Positions 34,376 through 36,952 of a DNA stretch of 36,952 bases are shown piece by piece. Source of the DNA: Vicinamibacteria bacterium (GTDB taxonomy: Bacteria; Acidobacteriota; Vicinamibacteria; Fen-336); assembly GCA_044229815.1 (NCBI GenBank), contig JBGASI010000001.1, positions 1 to 36,952 on the forward strand, read 5' to 3'. Below the pieces are notes generated by a model that made no database searches, was not told the origin of the DNA, and saw only the letters and a list, made by a program, of their open reading frames with translations. The translations under genes were made by a program, and so were the position numbers. Positions within the stretch are counted from its first letter, which is position 1. Every line of letters starts with the position of its first letter.

Positions 34376-36809
34376 GCGGGCGCTGCTCGTCGCCGCGGCC
34401 CTCGTCGTGGCGGCGCCGCTGCCGGCGGTCGGCGCCGAGGCTCCCCTGCGCCTCGTCTACGAGAGGCCGGCCGCGGCCTGGGTCCAGGCGCTGCCGATCG
34501 GCAACGGCCGGCTCGGGGCGATGGTCTTCGGCGGCCCGCGCTCCGAGCGGCTGGCCCTCAACGAGGACACGCTGTGGTCCGGCGGCCCGGGGCGCTGGAA
34601 CAACCCGGAGGCGAAGCGCTGGCTGCCCAAGGTGCGCGAGGCGGTCTTCGCCGGGCGCTACGCGGAGGCCGACGCCCTCAGCAAGAAGATGCAGGGGCCG
34701 TACAACCAGTCCTACCTGCCGCTCGGCGACCTGCTCGTGGAGTTCGAGCTGGCCGGGGACGTGCAGGAGTACCGGCGGGAGCTGGACCTCGACCGCGCGG
34801 TGGCGACCACGCGGTTCCGCGCCGGCGACGTCCTCCACACCCGCGAGGCCTTCGTCAGCTTTCCCGACCAGGTGATCGCGCTGCGGGTGAGCGCGGACCG
34901 GCCCGGCAGCGTGTCGTTCACGGCGCGCCTCTCGAGCCTGCTGCGGCACGCCAGCTCCGCGGAGGGAACCGACGCCGTCGCGCTGCGCGGGCGCGCGCCG
35001 AGCCACGTCGACCCGAGCTACCTCGGCGCGACCAGGGAACCGGTGCGCTACGACGAGGGGCCGGGCGCCGAGGGCATGCGCTTCACGGCGATCGCCCGCG
35101 CGATCCTGCGCGGCGGCGAGGCGCGCACGACCCCCGACGGGCGGCTCGAGGTGCGCGGCGCTGACGAGGCGCTGCTGCTCGTCTCCGCCGCGACGAGCTT
35201 CGACGGCTTCGACCGCTCGCCCGCGCGGGAGGGCAAGGACGAGAACGCCGCCGCGCGCGCCCCGCTGGCGGCCGCGACGGCGAAGCCCTTCGCCGCGCTG
35301 CGCGACGCCCACGTCGCCGACCACGCGCGGCTGTTCCAGCGCGTGCGGCTCGACCTCGGCGCGCCGGCCGTGGAGCGGCCGACCGACGAGCGGCTGCGCG
35401 CCTACCGTCACGGCGAGGACCCGGCTCTCGTGGCGCTCGTCTTCCAGTACGGCCGCTACCTGCTCGTCGCCAGCTCGCGCCCGGGCACGCAGCCCGCGAA
35501 CCTGCAGGGCATCTGGAACGAGGAGGTCCGCCCGCCGTGGAGCTCCAACTGGACGATGAACATCAACAGCGAGATGAACTACTGGCCCGCCGAGACGACG
35601 AACCTCTCGGAGTGCCACGAGCCGCTGCTGCGCTTCGTGGGCGAGCTCGCGCGCAACGGCCGTGAGACGGCGCGGGTCAACTACGGCGCCAGGGGCTGGG
35701 TGGCCCACCACAACGCGGACCTGTGGCGGCAGACGGGCACGGTGGGCAACTGGGGCGAGGGCGACCCGAAGTGGGCCAACTGGCCGATGGGCGGGGTGTG
35801 GCACTCGCTGGACCTGTGGGAGCACTACGCGTTCACGCGCGACCTCGGCTGGCTGCGCGCGGTGGCCTGGCCGCTGCTGCGCGGGGCGGCCGAGTTCGCG
35901 CTGGACTGGCTCGTCCCCGACGGCCAGGGCGGGCTGGCGACGGCCCCGTCCATCTCGCCCGAGAACGAGTTCCGCGGCCCCGACGGGCGCAACGCCCAGG
36001 TCTCGCGCTCGACGACCTCCGACCTCGCGCTGCTGCGCGAGCTGTTCACCGACGCGATCGAGGCCTCGACGATCCTGGACGAGGACGCGCCGATCCGGGC
36101 CGAGCTGCAGCGCGCGCTCACGCGGCTGCCCCCCTATCGCGTCGGCCGGCGCGGACAGCTCCAGGAGTGGAGCGAGGACTTCGACGAGCCCGAGCCGCAC
36201 CACCGCCACCTCTCGCACCTGATCGGGCTCCACCCCGGCCGCTCGATCACGCCGGCCGACACGCCCGCGCTCGCCGCGGCGGCGCGGCGCTCGCTCGAGC
36301 TGCGCGGCGACGACAGCACCGGCTGGTCGATGGCGTGGAAGGTGAACCTGTGGGCCCGCCTCGGCGACGGGGACCGCGCCCACCGGCTGATCGGCTACCT
36401 GCTGCGGCTCGTCGACACGAACGCGACCGGCTACGCCGCCGGCGGCGGCGTGTACGCGAACCTCTTCGACGCCCATCCGCCGTTCCAGATCGACGGCAAC
36501 TTCGGCGTCAGCGCCGGGATCGCGGAGATGCTGCTGCAGTCGCAGCGCCGGGCCGAGGACGGGCGCACGCCGCTCGTCGAGCTGCTCCCGGCCCTGCCCT
36601 CGGCCTGGCCATCCGGGAGCGTCTCCGGCCTGCGGGCGCGCGGCGCCTTCGAGGTCGACCTCGACTGGAGCGAGGGGCGTCTGCGCTCGGCGACGCTGCG
36701 CTCCGAGCGGGGGGGTCGGTGTGTGGGCCAGTTCGGGGCGCGCCGGGGGGTGCTCGACACGCGGCCGGGAGAGCAGGTGCGCCTCGACGGCGCCCTCGAC
36801 CGCCGTTAG
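34365..36809 (+). CDS. GH95 alpha-L-fucosidase, secreted
   Basis: GTG start overlapping the GH20 end by 11 nt, with a signal peptide. GH95 motifs [10 protein letters not shown] and [32 protein letters not shown]. Confidence 0.9.
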   Translation: MRTERALLVAAALVVAAPLPAVGAEAPLRLVYERPAAAWVQALPIGNGRLGAMVFGGPRSERLALNEDTLWSGGPGRWNNPEAKRWLPKVREAVFAGRYAEADALSKKMQGPYNQSYLPLGDLLVEFELAGDVQEYRRELDLDRAVATTRFRAGDVLHTREAFVSFPDQVIALRVSADRPGSVSFTARLSSLLRHASSAEGTDAVALRGRAPSHVDPSYLGATREPVRYDEGPGAEGMRFTAIARAILRGGEARTTPDGRLEVRGADEALLLVSAATSFDGFDRSPAREGKDENAAARAPLAAATAKPFAALRDAHVADHARLFQRVRLDLGAPAVERPTDERLRAYRHGEDPALVALVFQYGRYLLVASSRPGTQPANLQGIWNEEVRPPWSSNWTMNINSEMNYWPAETTNLSECHEPLLRFVGELARNGRETARVNYGARGWVAHHNADLWRQTGTVGNWGEGDPKWANWPMGGVWHSLDLWEHYAFTRDLGWLRAVAWPLLRGAAEFALDWLVPDGQGGLATAPSISPENEFRGPDGRNAQVSRSTTSDLALLRELFTDAIEASTILDEDAPIRAELQRALTRLPPYRVGRRGQLQEWSEDFDEPEPHHRHLSHLIGLHPGRSITPADTPALAAAARRSLELRGDDSTGWSMAWKVNLWARLGDGDRAHRLIGYLLRLVDTNATGYAAGGGVYANLFDAHPPFQIDGNFGVSAGIAEMLLQSQRRAEDGRTPLVELLPALPSAWPSGSVSGLRARGAFEVDLDWSEGRLRSATLRSERGGRCVGQFGARRGVLDTRPGEQVRLDGALDRR

Positions 36810-36827
36810 GAAGGGAAGGAAATCGAC

Positions 36828-36952
36828 ATGAGGGGACCCCGCAGGCAATACATCAAGGGCTCGTCGCTGGCGGCCGTCGCGCTCGGCAGGGGCCGCGCCC
36901 CGGCGGCGGCCGCGCAGGCACCGGCGGTGGCCCCGAGCGACCGCGTGCGCTT
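36828..36952 (+). CDS. 5' end of a Tat-signal protein (possibly a Gfo/Idh/MocA-type oxidoreductase), cut by the window edge
   Basis: ATG at 36828 after GGAAGGA. My translation is MRGPRRQYIKGSSLAAVALGRGRAPAAAAQAPAVAPSDRVR, with an RRxYIK twin-arginine-like motif. It is absent from the ORF track because it has no stop within the window. Confidence 0.45.
   Translation, partial: MRGPRRQYIKGSSLAAVALGRGRAPAAAAQAPAVAPSDRVR

Overview
Very GC-rich bacterial chromosomal window. Stop codons are scarce, so the ORF track contains many long spurious antisense or off-frame ORFs. I support 29 protein-coding genes (two cut by the window edges) and one gene remnant.

Gene content, left to right:
- Tail of an RND efflux operon: the 3' part of the pump plus a TolC-like outer-membrane factor.
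- An FAD-linked oxidase.
- A co-directional minus-strand block: APH-type kinase, then an M23/class-III aminotransferase, then a Gfo/Idh/MocA oxidoreductase.
- A secreted GH42 beta-galactosidase.
- A Cys-rich small lipoprotein and a TPR protein.
- A Phd-VapC TA pair.
- A large GH106-like hydrolase.
- A VIT1/CCC1 metal transporter.
- Two uncharacterised genes: a secreted SUKH-like protein and a zinc-ribbon protein.
- A PHB-depolymerase-type esterase lipoprotein.
- Two back-to-back TA modules (RHH-VapC and Phd-RelE/ParE).
- A beta-lactamase-fold serine hydrolase.
- A 5'-truncated glycoside hydrolase remnant.
- An S41 peptidase lipoprotein.
- An orphan PBP-like protein.
- A Tat-exported protein of unknown family.
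- A TIG/BACON-like/7x FG-GAP propeller protein.
- GH20 hexosaminidase and GH95 fucosidase.
- The start of a Tat-signal protein.

I could not recognise any rRNA, tRNA, CRISPR array, transposase or integrase.

Most interesting observations:
1. The kinase and the M23-aminotransferase are in the same frame, separated by a single TAG, with no credible independent start. This looks like an interrupted or read-through kinase-M23-aminotransferase fusion of unknown pathway.
2. The unannotatable pair at 18534-20247.
3. A Tat-exported 609-aa unknown protein inside the glycan-degradation neighbourhood, a candidate new glycoside hydrolase.
4. A rearrangement scar: a truncated GH gene plus an orphan perfect 11-bp-stem hairpin, next to a block of two TA modules and a hydrolase.
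5. Promoter-like hexamers placed 6-8 nt from the ATG of GH20 and two antitoxin genes that lack Shine-Dalgarno sequences, suggesting leaderless mRNAs.

All family calls come from reading motifs in the translations. No database search was run.
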